Positions 1-18,259 are shown, numbered from the stretch's first letter. The stretch is DNA of 64,000 bases from Macrostomum lignano (GCA_002269645.1 NIVC01000760.1:65972-129971); one strand, 5' to 3'. The notes: generated from the letters alone by a model not told the origin. Numbers and translations: made by a program.

Positions 1-698
1 TATCCACCCTACCTCTCTACTCTCTACCCTACCTCTCTACTCTACCCTATATATCTACTCTCCACCCTACCTCTCTACTCTCCACCCTACCCCTCTCTAC
101 TCTCCACCCTACCTCTCTACTCTCCACCCTACCTCTCCACCCTACCTCTCTACTCTCCACCCTACCTCTCTACTCTCTACCCTACCTCTCTACTCTCTAC
201 CCTACCTCTCTACTCTCTACCCTACCTCTCTACTCTCTACCCTACCTCTCTACTCTCTACCCTACCTCTCTACTCTCCACCCTACCCCTCTCTACTCTCC
301 ACCCTACCTCTCTACTCTCTACCCTACCTCTCTACTCTACCCTATATATCTACTCTCCACCCTACCTCTCTACTCTCCACCCTACCCCTCTCTACTCTCC
401 ACCCTACCTCTCTACTCTCCACCCTACCTCTCTACTCTCCACCCTACCCCTCTCTACTCTCCACCCTACCTCTCTACTCTCCACCCTACCTCTCTACTCT
501 CCACCCTACCTCTCTACTCTCTACCCTACCTCTCTACTCTCTACCCTACCTCTCTACTCTCTACCCTACCTCTCTACTCTCTACCCTACCTCTCTACTCT
601 ACCCTATATATCTACTCTCCACCCTACCTCTCTACTCTCTACCCTAAATATCTACTCTCCCCTCTACCTCTCTACTCTCCACCCTACCTCTCTACTCT
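1..698. repeat. 20-bp tandem repeat CCTACCTCTCTACTCTCCAC
   Basis: Period 20 is directly visible; the array runs off the window start. Confidence 0.9.
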
Positions 699-1344
699 GC
701 TCCTGTTCCCTGTTTCTATAATCCAACCATACCCCTCTACTCTCCTTCTTTATCTACTCTCATTCCATACTCTTCTTACATACCTCTTCTTTCTATCTAT
801 CTTGCACAAGAAAATATTTTATAACGGATATTGGCGTGTATGAGTCACATTAAAAGATATACTCGTTAATCTGACACTTTCAGCAAAAAATTGTTTTATA
901 TTTTTTTCGATCTGCATCAGATTCATATTTCTTCTTTAATTAAGCTCTTCTGTAATATATGCTTATTTTTAATAAATTTATTTCCGCACTACTAATGTAA
1001 GTATTATTAAAGCATATAACTCTGTTTTGTATTAAAAATTACTATAATATGTAAAATTAAAATTATTTTTGCCAGCAATTTTAAGACTGAAATCACTATA
1101 TGTAATGTAGAGTTATGAAATAATTTTTTAAGTGGATTTGCAATACATGTATGGCATATTCATTGTTATTTTTTCAGTTGAATTTTGCACTTTAATTGAC
1201 GCTTCAGTATAAAATTTTGAGTTCTTAATGTTCAAAATATTTACTTTATTTGAGGCTTTGTTTTAGGACTTTTGAATATTGGATTTGGGAGTTGGGATTT
1301 TCGAATGAGTATCTGGATTTTGGATTTAGAGGGGGATCAAAGTA

Positions 1345-2085
1345 TTGGGATTTTAGAATTGGGATTTTAGAATTGGGATTTGAATATTGGGATTTTAGAA
1401 TTGGGATTTGAATATTGGGATTTTAGAATTGGGATTTGAATATTGGGATTTTAGAATGGGGATCTGAATGTTGGGATCTTAGAATAATGGGGATCTGAAT
1501 ATTGGGATTTTAGAATGGGGATCTGAATGTTGGAATTTTAGAATGGGGATCTGAATATTGGTATTTTAGAATGGGGATCTGAATATTGGGATTTTAGAAT
1601 AATGGGGATCTGAATATTGGGATTTTAGAATAATGGGAATCTGAATATTGGGATTTTAGAATGGGGATCTGAATATTGGGATTTTAGAATGGGGATCTGA
1701 ATATTGGGATTTTAGAATGGGGATCTGAATGTTGGAATTTTAGAATGGGGATCTAATATTGGGATTTTAGAATGGGGATCTGAATATTGGGATTTTAGAA
1801 TGGGGATCTGAATATTGGGATTTTAGAATGGGGATCTGAATGTTGGAATTTTAGAATGGGGATCTGAATATTGGTATTTTAGAATGGGGATCTGAATATT
1901 GGGATTTTAGAATAATGGGGATTTGAATATTGGGATTTTAGAATTGGGATTTGAATATTGGGATTTTAGAATTGGGATCTGAATATTGGGATTTTAGAAT
2001 GGGGATCTGAATGTTGGGATTTTAGAATGGGGATCTGAATATTGGGATTTTAGAATGGGGATCTGAATATTGGGATTTTAGAATG
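1345..2085. repeat. About 28-bp tandem repeat GAATATTGGGATTTTAGAATGGGGATCT
   Basis: Direct inspection. Confidence 0.9.
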
Positions 2086-2704
2086 GCGATTAAGGTGTTG
2101 TAATATTTAATTTGAAATAGAAAAGAAATTTCAGCTGAGCTTTTTATGGTCATCAAATAAAGTATTTGTTATTAAATTTCAGTTAAAGCACACTATTTTT
2201 ATAAACTCGATTTTTACTCTCGCTTACATTTGCCCATAGACACACTTATTTAAACAGCCTGATTTTTACTTACTACTGTCAGTAACAAAAGACGCTTACT
2301 GCTCCAATTTTGGTTAATAATGTTTATTCTACTAACCTATATAACACATTAGTTTAGGTTTACGTCTGTGTTTTTTATTTAAATATTTCCAACAGTTCTA
2401 TGAGAAATTGCAATGCCACCTTCGACTGTAACTGTTTTCGCAACTGCAAACAATAGATAATTATAATTTGTTTATTTGTCTGTGTAGTTGCTTTAGTGAT
2501 AAATAAACGGCATTGGCTCTTCACTGCATGTCTGACAGATTGCTGCGTTGGAAACTGGGACTTGGGACTTCATCAGTTATGTTGATTTTACGTGTAAAGC
2601 CCGCTTATAAAAACTTTTTAATTATTGAATTTGCTTTTGTCTTCTTTCTGGCTGATAACGATTATTTTATATGGGCCAAGTGCAAGTTCTCCGATTGCTG
2701 ACCC

Positions 2705-3105
2705 ACCACCCTTGCAGATCCTCAGTTGCTGGGCCAGCCTCCCAGATCCTCAGTTGCTGGGCCAGCCTCCCAGATCCTCAGTTGCTGGGCCAGCCTCCCA
2801 GATCCTCAGTTGCTGGGCCAGCCTCCCAGATCCTCAGTTGCTGGGCCAGCCTCCCAGATCCTCAGTTGCTGGGCCAGCCTCCCAGATCCCCAGTTGCTGG
2901 GCCAGCCTCCCAGATGCCCAGTTGCTGGGCCAGCCTCCCAGATCCTCAGTTTCTGGGCCAGCCTCCCAGATCCTCAGTTGCTGGGCCAGCCTCCCAGATC
3001 CCCAGTTGCTGGGCCAGCCTCCCAGATGCCCAGTTGCTGGGCCAGCCTCCCAGATCCTCAGTTGCTGGGCCAGCCTCCCAGATGCCCAGTTGCTGGGCCA
3101 GCCTC
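2705..3105 (+). repeat. 28-bp minisatellite CAGATCCTCAGTTGCTGGGCCAGCCTCC (family copy 1)
   Basis: Same unit occurs at 3748-4280, 36430-38055 and 42715-43100. Confidence 0.95.
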
Positions 3106-3747
3106 TGTCTAAACTATTCATTTTCAGCTTTCCTCAATCGACTCCCAAGGCCCAGAATCAGGGTGGTTGATCAATAATTATAACTCTCTTCATCAGGTTT
3201 CTCCTTGCCGCTGGAATCCAGCTGTCGGGTTGAGTGCGTTCTATAATTAGCAGGTGCAAATTAGGCTAGCGAGCGATTGTGTATTTGTGCTGTTCGTTTT
3301 TGGCTCAAGAGGAAGCAATGCTCGGCTAAAATTTTTTTCAAGGTAATCACACTTCTCCGTAAACCAGCCGCTGCTAAAACAGCAATTTCATGTGGCTTAG
3401 AGCTGGTCGAAGTCTGGAATTAAGTGCCAAAAAATAAGTAATTACCGTTGAGCAGTCGCAGTCTGTGCCAGCTCACACCTGGCAGCGAGAAACTTCACTC
3501 CTGTAATTTTGATCCAATCGGTTTGAGCTGATTCAGAGCAGGGTTTTCTTGGAGCTGTACAATTATATCCTTCATTCCTGCTAACTTGTGGATGGTTATT
3601 AAATGTGTGTGCTAGTTTTTGGTGGCAAATGATTGATTGAATGATTGTGCAGCCAGGTTGAGGGTCTGCTGTGCTTCTAACTTGCGGTAGTTTAAAGCAT
3701 GCCTTGCTGGGCATTTTAATCTGATGGCTAGTTTTATTGACTCAGTG

Positions 3748-4280
3748 AATCCTCAGTTGCTGAGCCAGCCTCCCAGATCCTCAGTTGCTGGGCCAGCTTC
3801 TCAGATCCTCAGTTGCTAAGCGAGCCTCCCAGATCCTCAGTTGCTGGGCCAGCCTCCCAGATCCTCAGTTGCTAAGCGAGCCTCCCAGATCCTCAGTTGC
3901 TGGGCCAGCTTCTCAGATCCTCAGTTGCTGAGCCAGCCTCCCAGATCCTCAGTTGCTGAGCCAGCCTCCCAGATCCTCAGTTGCTGAGCCAGCCTCCCAG
4001 ATCCTCAGTTGCTGGGCCAGCTTCTCAGATCCTCAGTTGCTGAGCCAGCCTCCCAGATCCTCAGTTGCTGGGCCAGCTTCTCAGATCCTCAGTTGCTGAG
4101 CCAGCCTCCCAGATCCTCAGTTGCTGGGCCAGCCTCCCAGATCCTCAGTTGCTGGGCCAGCCTCCCAGATCCTCAGTTGCTGGGCCAGCTTCTCAGATCC
4201 TCGTTGCTGAGCCAGCCTCCCAGATCCTCAGTTGCTGGGCCAGTCTCCTAAGATCCTCAGTTGCTGAGCCAGCCTCCCAG
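3748..4280 (+). repeat. 28-bp minisatellite family copy 2
   Basis: Same unit with GAGCC/TTCTC variants. Confidence 0.95.
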
Positions 4281-4984
4281 AGCCTCAATTAATGGGCCAG
4301 CCTCGCATATTCTGTAATCTCTAAGCGCAACCAAAGCTGTTCACAGCAACAAACTCATGGCTATATTTTTCTGGATTTTCTTAGCTCAAGCGACAATTTG
4401 TGCGCCGCATCAGGCAAACGATCTGAAATTCCCAAACGGCCTCAGCCTCGACCTCCATCAGCAGTTTTCATATTCATAGAAATTGAGGAGTTTTGTTAAT
4501 TCAACCGCAAATTTACGAGTGTTTGGCTTTTCCCTCCTGGGGGGAGGTCGGTCCAGCGAGTTGGCTGGAATAAAATTGATTTCAGCTTTGAAACGCGATA
4601 GCGCGCGCGTTGAGCTGTGTAATGAACGGAGCCTAAATCATGCCAATTTTGATGAAGGAGTCAGCTGCCTTTTCCCCCTTATGGATCCACACTTTACTTG
4701 CTGCAACTGCCACCCTGGCAACAGAACCGAATATTAAATGAGCTGGCATCTGGGGGGGGGTGTTACAGATCGGCCAGTCTCATCTGCAATCATTTATATT
4801 CTGTCTGTTTAATCCCCCAATATCCCCTTAGCTATAGTCACTTGCTCCAATATTCCCAAATGAATGCTGCGAGTGTAATTTAGGAGTATCTGTAAATTTT
4901 ATTTTAGAAATTGCTTTCCTCAATTGGTTTCTTAGAGATTTTGTTTATTTATTCTCTGGTTCTCTGGTTAGATTTTTTCTGGGC

Positions 4985-7735
4985 TTTGTCTCACCCTCTC
5001 TCTCCCGCCCTCTCTATCTTACCCTCCCTCTCTCCCGCCCTTTCCATCTCACCCTCTCTCTCCCGCCCTTTCCATCTCACCCTCTCTCTCCCGCCCTCTC
5101 CATCTCACCCTCTCTCTCTCCCCTCTCCTCACCCTCTCTCTCCCGCTCTCTCCATCTCACCCTCTCTCTCCCGCCCTCTCCATCTCACCCTCTATCTCTC
5201 CCGCCCTTTCCATCTCACCCTCTCTCTCCCGCTCTCTCCATCTCACCCTCTCTCTCCCCTCTCCTCACCCTCTCTTTCCCGCTCTCTCCATCTCACCCCC
5301 TCTCTCCCCTCTCCTTCTCACCCTCTCCACTCTCTCAATCTCACCCTCCTCTCTCTTCTGCCCACTCCGTCTCACCCTCTCTCTCCCGCCCTCTTCTTCT
5401 CACCCTCTCTCTCCCGCTCTCTCAATCTCACCCTCTCCCGCCCTCTCCGTCTCACCCTGTCTCTTCCGCCCTCTCCATCTCACCCTCTCTCTCCCGCTCT
5501 CTCCATCTCACCCTCTCTCTCCCCTCTCCTTCTCACCCTCTCTCTCCCGCTCTCTCAATCTCACCCTCCTCTCTCTTCTGCCCGCTCCGTCTCACCCTCT
5601 CTCGTCCGCCCTCTTTATCTCACCCTCCCTCTCTTCCGCCCTCTCCATCTCACCCTGTCTCTTCCGCCCTCTCCATCTCACCCTCTCTCTCCCGCTCTCT
5701 CCATTTCACCCTCTCTCTCTCCCCTCTCCTTCTCACCCTCTCTCTCCCGCTCTCTCAATCTCACCCTCCTCTCTCTTCTGCCCGCTCCGTCTCACCCTCT
5801 CTCGTCCGCCCTCTTTATCTCACCCTCCCTCTCTCTCCCGCCCTCTCCTTCTCACCCTCTCTCTCCCGCTCTCTCAATCTCACCCTCCTCTCTCTTCTGA
5901 CCGCTCCGTCTCACCCTCTCTCTCCCGCCCTCTCCATCTCACCCTCTCCCGCCCTCTCTATCTCACCCTGTCTCTTCCGCCCTCTCCATCTCACCCTCTC
6001 TCTCCCGCTCTCTCCATCTCACCCTCTCTCTCCCGCCCTCTCCATCTCACCCTCCTCTCTCTCCCCTCTCCTTCTCACCCTCTCTCTCCCGCTCTCTCCA
6101 TCTCACCCTCTCTCTCCCGCCCTCTCCATCTCACCCTCCTCTCTCTCCCCTCTCCTTCTCACCCTCTCTCTCCCGCTCTCTCAATCTCACCCTCCTCTCT
6201 CCTCCGCCCGCTCCGTCTCACCCTCTCTCTCCCGCTCTCTCAATCTCACCCTCCTCTCTCTCCCCTCTCCTTCTCACCCTCTCTCTCCCGCTCTCTCAAT
6301 CTCACCCTCCTCTCTCCTCCGCCCGCTCCGTCTCACCCTCTCTCTCCCGCCCTCTCCATCTCACCCTCCTCTCTCTCCCCTCTCCTTCTCACCCTCTCTC
6401 TCCCGCTCTCTCCATCTCACCCTCTCTCTCCCGCCCTCTCCATCTCACCCTGCTCTCTCTCCCCTCTCCTTCTCACCCTCTCTCTCCCGCTCTCTCAATC
6501 TCACCCTCCTCTCTCCTCCGCCCGCTCCGTCTCACCCTCTCTCTCCCGCCCTCTCCATCTCACCCTCTCTCTCCCGCCCTCTCAATCTCACCCTCCTCTC
6601 TCTCCCCTCTCCTTCTCACCCTCTCTCTCCCGCTCTCTCCATCTCACCCTCTCTCTCCCGCCCTCTCCATCTCACCCTCCTCTCTCTCCCCTCTCCTTCT
6701 CACCCTCTCTCTCCCGCTCTCTTCATCTCACCCTCTCTCTCCCGCCCTCTCCATCTCACCCTCCTCTCTCTCCCCTCTCCTTCTCACCCTCTCTCTCCCG
6801 CTCTCTCAATCTCACCCTCCTCTCTCCTCCGCCCGCTCCGTCTCACCCTCTCTCTCCCGCTCTCTCAATCTCACCCTCCTCTCTCTCCCCTCTCCTTTCA
6901 CCCTCTCTCTCCCGCTCTCTCAATCTCACCCTCCTCTCTCCTCCGCCCGCTCCGTCTCACCCTCTCTCTCCCGCCCTCTCCATCTCACCCTCCTCTCTCT
7001 CCCCTCTCCTTCTCACCCTCTCTCTCCCGCTCTCTCCATCTCACCCTCTCTCTCCCGCCCTCTCCATCTCACCCTCCTCTCTCTCCCCTCTCCTTCTCAC
7101 CCTCTCTCCCCCGCTCTCTCAATCTCACCCTCCTCTCTCCTCCGCCCGCTCCGTCTCACCCTCTCTCTCCCGCCCTCTCCATCTCACCCTCTCTCTCCCG
7201 CTCTCTCAATCTCACCCTCCTCTCTCTCCCCTCTCCTTCTCACCCTCTCTCTCCCGCTCTCTCCATCTCACCCTCTCTCTCCCGCCCTCTCCATCTCACC
7301 CTCCTCTCTCTCCCCTCTCCTTCTCACCCTCTCTCTCCCGCTCTCTTCATCTCACCCTCTCTCTCCCGCCCTCTCCATCTCACCCTCCTCTCTCTCCCCT
7401 CTCCTTCTCACCCTCTCTCTCCCGCTCTCTCAATCTCACCCTCCTCTCTCCTCCGCCCGCTCCGTCTCACCCTCTCTCTCCCGCTCTCTCCGTCTCACCC
7501 TCTCTCTCCCGCCCTTTCCATCTCACCCTCCTCTCTCTCCCCTCTCCTTCTCACCCTCTCTCTCCCGCTCTCTCAATCTCACCCTCCTCTCTCTCCCCTC
7601 TCCTTCTCACCCTCTCTCCCCCGCTCTCTTAATCTCACCCTCCTCTCTCCTCCGCCCGCTCCGTCTCACCCTCTCTCGTCCGCCCTCTTTATCTCACCCT
7701 CCCTCTCTCTTCCGCCCTCTCCGTCTCACCCTCCG
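4985..7735. repeat. 2.7-kb pyrimidine-rich composite minisatellite (TCTCACCCTCTCTCTCCCGC variants)
   Basis: Almost purely C/T on the + strand, with recurring sub-units. Confidence 0.9.
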
Positions 7736-9699
7736 TTTTTCCCGCTTCCCCCGGCCACGTCAATTTCATGCATATATTAATATAAATCTTAATTTTATAA
7801 GTTAGTCTGGATTTTGTTATTTTTTTGTGCTTTTAGATTTTTGTTTATTACCATTTCTCAAGTGTGCAGAAATTTTCCAATGGAAGATGCCGTGACCCAT
7901 TTGTTTAGCCTCTAGTGCCTCTAGAAGATACTTAGTCGAATCTTGAACGGAAACTGTAACCATTTTATAAGCGGCTTTTTCTTCCGCGTCTAAGAGCATC
8001 TTTCTACATTTTGTAAAATGACGAATTTCTATTGCCACTTAAATGCGGAAGTGGCCTTTGAATTGAAATTATAAAATTGATTACATATCCTTCGACTTAT
8101 TGATTAGTAATTTAAAAGATGATTATTTATTTCATCATCATCATTAGCAGCTGAAGGAAAAAGGTAATGGACACTTTCAATTTAATCTCTGAATAAAGAG
8201 TTTCTTTCTTTAATCCTAGGATGATTGAGTTCTTGAGTTGGCAGAAATTATTCAAAATTCATTTTTCTATAAATGAATCTGTTGATTAACTTTATCTATA
8301 AATTGCAATTTTTTACTCAAATGCTTTAGTAATGGAAAAAAAGTTTTTTCACTACATATCGGTAGGGTCAGATGCAGACATGCGGTCAGTCCGGCATGCT
8401 GTTCTTTGTGTGCGTGTGTGTATACATATATAATGTGTAATTTAATAGTTAAAACGGGAAGTGCTGTGTGTTTTTTAAATTTGGTGATTGTTCGGTCGGT
8501 CGGTCGGTCGGTTGATTGGTCGGTCGGCACCGAAGTGCAGGCACCAGGGAGGTGTGTAGCGATTCTGTCGGAGTTGAAGTGGCTATAGTTGCCGGATTCT
8601 TGCACTGAAAAGGCGCAACTTGTTGATGTCGGTAAAACGCGCCCTGTAATAAATTATTTAGAAACCGATGGAAGGAATGCCTTTCACGTAGAGCAAAGAG
8701 GTTGGGAAAAAAACTGATTTTCGATACAATTTCGATTTTCAAGCCTTTTACGCGGGCTGTCTAAGATTATAGTCTAGTTAAATTGTTTATGAATTTACAT
8801 TTGTCTTCTAAGCCTCATCAGTAGCTTGGGTATTTGCTGCTCGTAACGGCGCAAAAGTCGGGGAAAAGTGTTGCGCTGGTTGGGAAACTAACAATAATTC
8901 TTGTTTAGTTGAAGTTTTATTCGCAGTTCGAACCCGACGAGGGGGTTGGGGGCGGTCTTAATCTCCCGGACCGATCGCGTAGGCCCGTGTTTAAATTAGA
9001 AAATATTATTCAAAAATTTTCTCTGCTAATTAAAACAAAAAATAAAAAAAAACACAATCGTCAAGAGTTCTTGCGCAAAAATGTTTCAAATTTCAAATGC
9101 GAGTTGTGCGACATTTCTAGATGAAAATGTTTCTAATTAAAAAAGTTTTGATTGTTAATTAGATTTTATGACCTTCGAATGCTCTTAGTTGTCGGGGAGT
9201 TGTTGTGCAATTCACAGCCATGAGGCCCAAGCCCCTAGAGAGTGTACATGCCTGACGATTAGATAGTCAGGACTGATGTACACTCTGAGTGAGCGTGTGT
9301 GTGAGTTCCCAGTGCCTGTGTACAGTATTGTTAATCTAGAAAGCTCATGAAAAGTATATACTATAACAGATGAAGGTCAATTCAAAAGACAAGCAATTAG
9401 TTCAATATCTCCGTATTCAACCTGTCAAATTTATTTACAACACAGTTGCACTCACAGCTGCTATAAATGTGTTTGATTAAGTTTTTTTAAACACGACAAT
9501 AACAAGCGTACAACACAACAGACGGCATCGAGCATGATTTGTTAATATATCAGGGAATATTGTTGAAATTTGTTCTCAGTCAGTTGAAGTGCATGGCATT
9601 TCATTTTGGATTGATAAAATTTCATATTTTATTAATAAACGTTATCATATTTTTGTACTAATTAGACTAGAGTGAATCGCAGAAAGAAGAGAATAAACT

Positions 9700-10330
9700 G
9701 CACAAACATAAGAGAGTGAACTACTGAGATAAGAGAGTGAACTGCAGAGATAAGAGAGTGAACTGCAGAGATAAGAGAGTGAACTACTGAGATAAGAGAG
9801 TGAACTGCAGAGATAAGAGAGTGAACTGCAGAGATAAGAGAGTGAACTGCAGAGATAAGAGAGTGAACTGCAGAGATGAGAGAGTGAACTACTGAGATAA
9901 GAGAGTGAACTGCAGAGATAAGAGAGTGAACTGCAGAGATAATAGAGTGAACTGCAGAGATAAGAGAGTGAACTGCAGAGATAAGAGAGTGAACTACTGA
10001 GATAAGAGAGTGAACTGCAGAGATAAGAGAGTGAACTGCAGAGATAAGAGAGTGAACTGCAGAGATGAGAGAGTGAACTACTGAGATAAGAGAGTGAACT
10101 GCAGAGATAAGAGAGTGAACTGCAGAGATAAGAGAGTGAACTAGAGAGATGAGAGAGTGAACTGCAGAGATGAGAGAGTGGACTACAGAGATGAGAGAGT
10201 GGACTACAGAGATAAGAGAGTGAACTGCAGAGATGAGAGAGTGAACTACTGAGATAAGAGAGTGAACTGCAGAGATGAGAGAGTGAACTGCAGAGATGAG
10301 AGAGTGAACTAGAGAGATGAGAGAGTGAAC
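9700..10330. repeat. 21-bp tandem repeat GAGTGAACTGCAGAGATAAGA just 3' of the NK1 stop
   Basis: Period 21; it generates the spurious ISAVHSL ORF. Confidence 0.95.
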
Positions 10331-10483
10331 GGCAGAAATGAGAGTGAGTGACAATAAGTCAAAATTGAGGAAATCATAAAACAACATAAGCAATATATTA
10401 GCCTCAAAAAAGCAAGTTTAAGAAAAAATGAAGCCCAAAAAGCAAAATCATCATCTCTCATCAGGTTGTCAGAATTGTGAAAT

Positions 10484-13695
<3,212 letters not shown>

Positions 13696-14649
13696 CTCTA
13701 TTATCGAGGGACTCAAGCTTATGGGATTGAACTTAACAAATTAGAAAAATCCCCTCAGAAATCACTTCTGGCCTTTTTAGCGGCTATAGGGGATTAGGGG
13801 AATCGATATGCGGGGTTGGTTGATGATTAATAAAAATTGAGCGCTAAGGTTAGGCAGCTCAGGGAGAATCAATCTGCCAATTATTATTAATGACGACCCG
13901 AGGACTTGAAGTGTTTATTAAAATTGCCTCTGCTGGCGGTAAGGAAGATTGCCGATTTGGAGCGCCTCTTAATGCCCGACTTTTTAAAAACGAAGGGGGA
14001 TTCTGTTCCCTCCTCTCCAGCTTTTCTAATTAGCTCTCTAACGGGCCGATTGGGGTGTTTGGGAAGAATCCTCTAAAAGCCGATTGGCCATTGGTTGGGC
14101 TTGGATGGCTTTTCATTGGGCGCGGCTTGAAACTGGGAATTCTGGGGGGCTATTAAACACCAGCTCCCGATGATTGGGGGAATGGGAGTGGGTTTCGTGG
14201 GAAAATCGGCGATGTGATCTTTTCTATTTTTTTTCCAAAGCGAAATTGAAAACTTAGAAGAGGCGCTGTGTATTGATTTCAGTGAAGAAGAAGACGGTAG
14301 AGCTCTTTGTGCCAAGTTCTTTAGTCAGATTAAAATTAGTTTTCAAGTTTGGCAAGAAACCTTCATACTTTCATTCGTAGTTAATGATTGTGTGATTTTG
14401 AAATTGAAAATTTAGCTACTGAATTTAATTACCATTCTTTTTGGGTAACCTTTTCATTATAGTCTAAAGGATTTTAGTAATTATTTTAGTCTATGGCAAA
14501 AACGTCCCTTTATACTCGTAGTCTAGGGTATTAGCTCCATTATTATAGTCTATGGTATTAAGCACCACTTTATAGTTTATGGAAAAAAGTGTCACTTTAT
14601 AGCCGACGGTATTATAGTCTATGGTATTGCATGTACCGCCAATTTATAG

Positions 14650-15360
14650 TCTATGGTATAATAGTCATTACCATAGTCTAGGTAGAAAAGAATGTATAGT
14701 TTATGGTAAAATAGTCATTACCATAGTCTAGGTAGAAAAGAATTTATAGTTTATGGTAAAATAGTCATTACCATAGTCTAGGTAGAAAAGAATTTATAGT
14801 CTATGGTAAAATAGTCATTACCATAGTCTAGGTAGAAAAGAATTTATAGTCTATGGTAAAATAGTCATTACCATAGTCTAGGTAGAAAAGAATTTATAGT
14901 CTATGGTAAAATAGTCATTACCATAGTCTAGGTAGAAAAGAATTTATAGTCTATGGTAAAATAGTCATTACCATAGTCTAGGTAGAAAAGAATGTATAGT
15001 TTATGGTAAAATAGTCATTACCATAGTCTAGGTAGAAAAGAATTTATAGTCTATGGTAAAATAGTCATTACCATAGTCTAGGTAGAAAAGAATTTATAGT
15101 CTATGGTAAAATGGTCATTACCATAGTCTAGGTAGAAAAGAATTTATAGTCTATGGTAAAATAGTCATTACCATAGTCTAGGTAGAAAAGAATGTATAGT
15201 CTATGGTAAAATAGTCATTACCATAGTCTAGGTAGAAAAGAATGTATAGTTTATGGTAAAATAGTCATTACCATAGTCTAGGTAGAAAAGAATGTATAGT
15301 TTATGGTAAAATAGTCATTACCATAGTCTAGGTAGAAAATAATTTATAGTCTATGGTAAA
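14650..15360. repeat. 50-bp tandem repeat ATAGTCATTACCATAGTCTAGGTAGAAAAGAATTTATAGTCTATGGTAAA
   Basis: Period 50, about 14 copies. Confidence 0.95.
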
Positions 15361-16444
15361 AAAGCTACTTGAATAGTATGTATATCGGCATTATCATCAT
15401 TATTATAGTCTATGGTAAAAGCGCCAGCATATCACGAGGTATATATATTGTTTAACTTAGTAGTAGACAGTAAAATAGAAAAGCCGAGGAATTAAAATCT
15501 ATATATTTTAGTGTACCATCATACGGATACCCTGTATGAACTGTCTACACGATATAGCCAATTTTTCCCACGGATTTTGATCTTCAGCCATCTCCATCTT
15601 GATGATCCCACCACCAATATCGGCAGGTCTCGGGCGTCTCGCCAGTTTGTGCACGGCATGTTTGTGTTGCCAAGCCACTATATAGCCTCCTAATGCCTCC
15701 CATGCACCTTCCCTAGAAACTTAATCTGTTACTGACCAACACGCCAGTGCTGTGGATATTCCGTTACCCCGCCGGGAATATAATTAACTGTTCACAGACC
15801 ATGCGCACACAGAGACACATGTGGGCATGAGGATGTCCATTTTTTTAAAAGCCTGCATTTTACTTATGGTCGGCCAGCACTAAATATGATTGACTTCAAC
15901 ACATATCAGCCATGCACACTTAACATAGTAACAGAATTAGATCCACTCTGAGTTACTAAGGCCCCCTATCGCATTGCGAATGATGGTCATATATTTAGAA
16001 ATGATACTATATATACTGCAGATTATATATATATAGTAAGGTCTTTGTTTTACACAATATTCCGATTCTTGACTGACAACATGTCATGCGATGCACGCGC
16101 CGTGCGCACACCTGTTGCATAATCTGTTGAACATATTAGCTGTATAAATACAGAATAGATTATAGATAGAGTTCTCTTGCTGCTAGGCAATTGACGTCTG
16201 GGATATTTCAGGGTCCATTCAAGGCTGTATAATTAGGCTGTCTTGGGATAAATTAATGTATGCTATAGAATCAGCACTGCATGCTGTTTGGATCCTGCTG
16301 TGTTTTAAAATTCAACACGGTAGTACCATAATAACGAATATGATATGCCTAATTAATTTTTACACTCATAATAATTTCGTCAATTTTGTTAATATTATAG
16401 CTAATTATCATAGCAAAATACTGCCTGATTTCTTTGAGATATTT

Positions 16445-17270
<826 letters not shown>

Positions 17271-18259
17271 GTTGCATAGTAGATGAAGCTACCGTGGTGA
17301 GGTTAACACAAAAACCGAAGTTGGAAAAGATTGTGCAGATCTCAGTGATAAGAATTTTATGAAAATAGGAGAAGAAAAGTGGGCAGACATGTACAAAGTT
17401 TCGAACGTCAGAAGAATCCTAATTGATTGATTTTGCGCGAACGTCCAGTTTGATGCTATATATTAATGCATTGTTTTTTGATGACTTCTAAATATTACAG
17501 TCTTTGTTCTTTGTTTGATCTTTGTTGCAACTTGCTGGCTATATATCTAAGTGGGAAGGTTTGGGAGACAGCATCGCCCTAACCCTGATGCAAAAATAAT
17601 AATAAGAACTAATGTTCGCAAGCTGGGGTCTTCTGACGGTTCTTTACCCGATGTTATGGTCAGTCTTTGTTCGAACTTTGGTCTTTAGTGGGAGTGCAGG
17701 ACTGGTTTCAATTAGCAAGATATAGGGGCTGTCCGTTTTGCAAGTTGTTGTGAATGAACTGACATGAATCTACCGTTCGCTTTATCTGTTAAAAATGGGG
17801 CGCAGTAGGGCGATGGCTGCATGTGTGTGGTATGTACCAAGATTTCCAACTTCAACTGGTATAGGGCATTGAATAACAAAGACTCAACTGTGGAAACTGT
17901 GTAGATCGCCAGACAAAACCGCTTGGATGAACAAAACCGTTTCCTGTCCAGCTAATTAAACCAAAACTTTTAGATGATGGAGAGAAAAAATTGGGTGAAA
18001 AATGAATCAGTTAAAAACTGAAAATTGATAAATTAATTAGGGACCCACCGCAGATTTCTGAGAGAAAAACTCGAATGTTCTGTACACGCGTGCTCTGTAA
18101 AACCTCAGAGTTCTTGGGTAGGTAGAGATGCCTTCTGTTCAGAGACCTGGATCTCGGTCTGATCTGTCAGGGACCCTTCGCCAAAAACCGTATCTGGATT
18201 CAGTGGGTTGCAAAGCGAGTTTTGAAAAGTGAATTTAACTGAACTTTTTGTCCAATTTA

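Noticed and set aside
7817-8038. 73-aa minus-strand ORF with protein-like composition
   Set aside because: GTG start preceded by a stop, no recognisable family and no linked exons; possibly a TE remnant.
17289-17430. SYRGEVNTKTEVGKDC.. frame vaguely like a kringle start
   Set aside because: Lacks the remaining kringle cysteines, is flanked by stops and has no splice context; likely chance.
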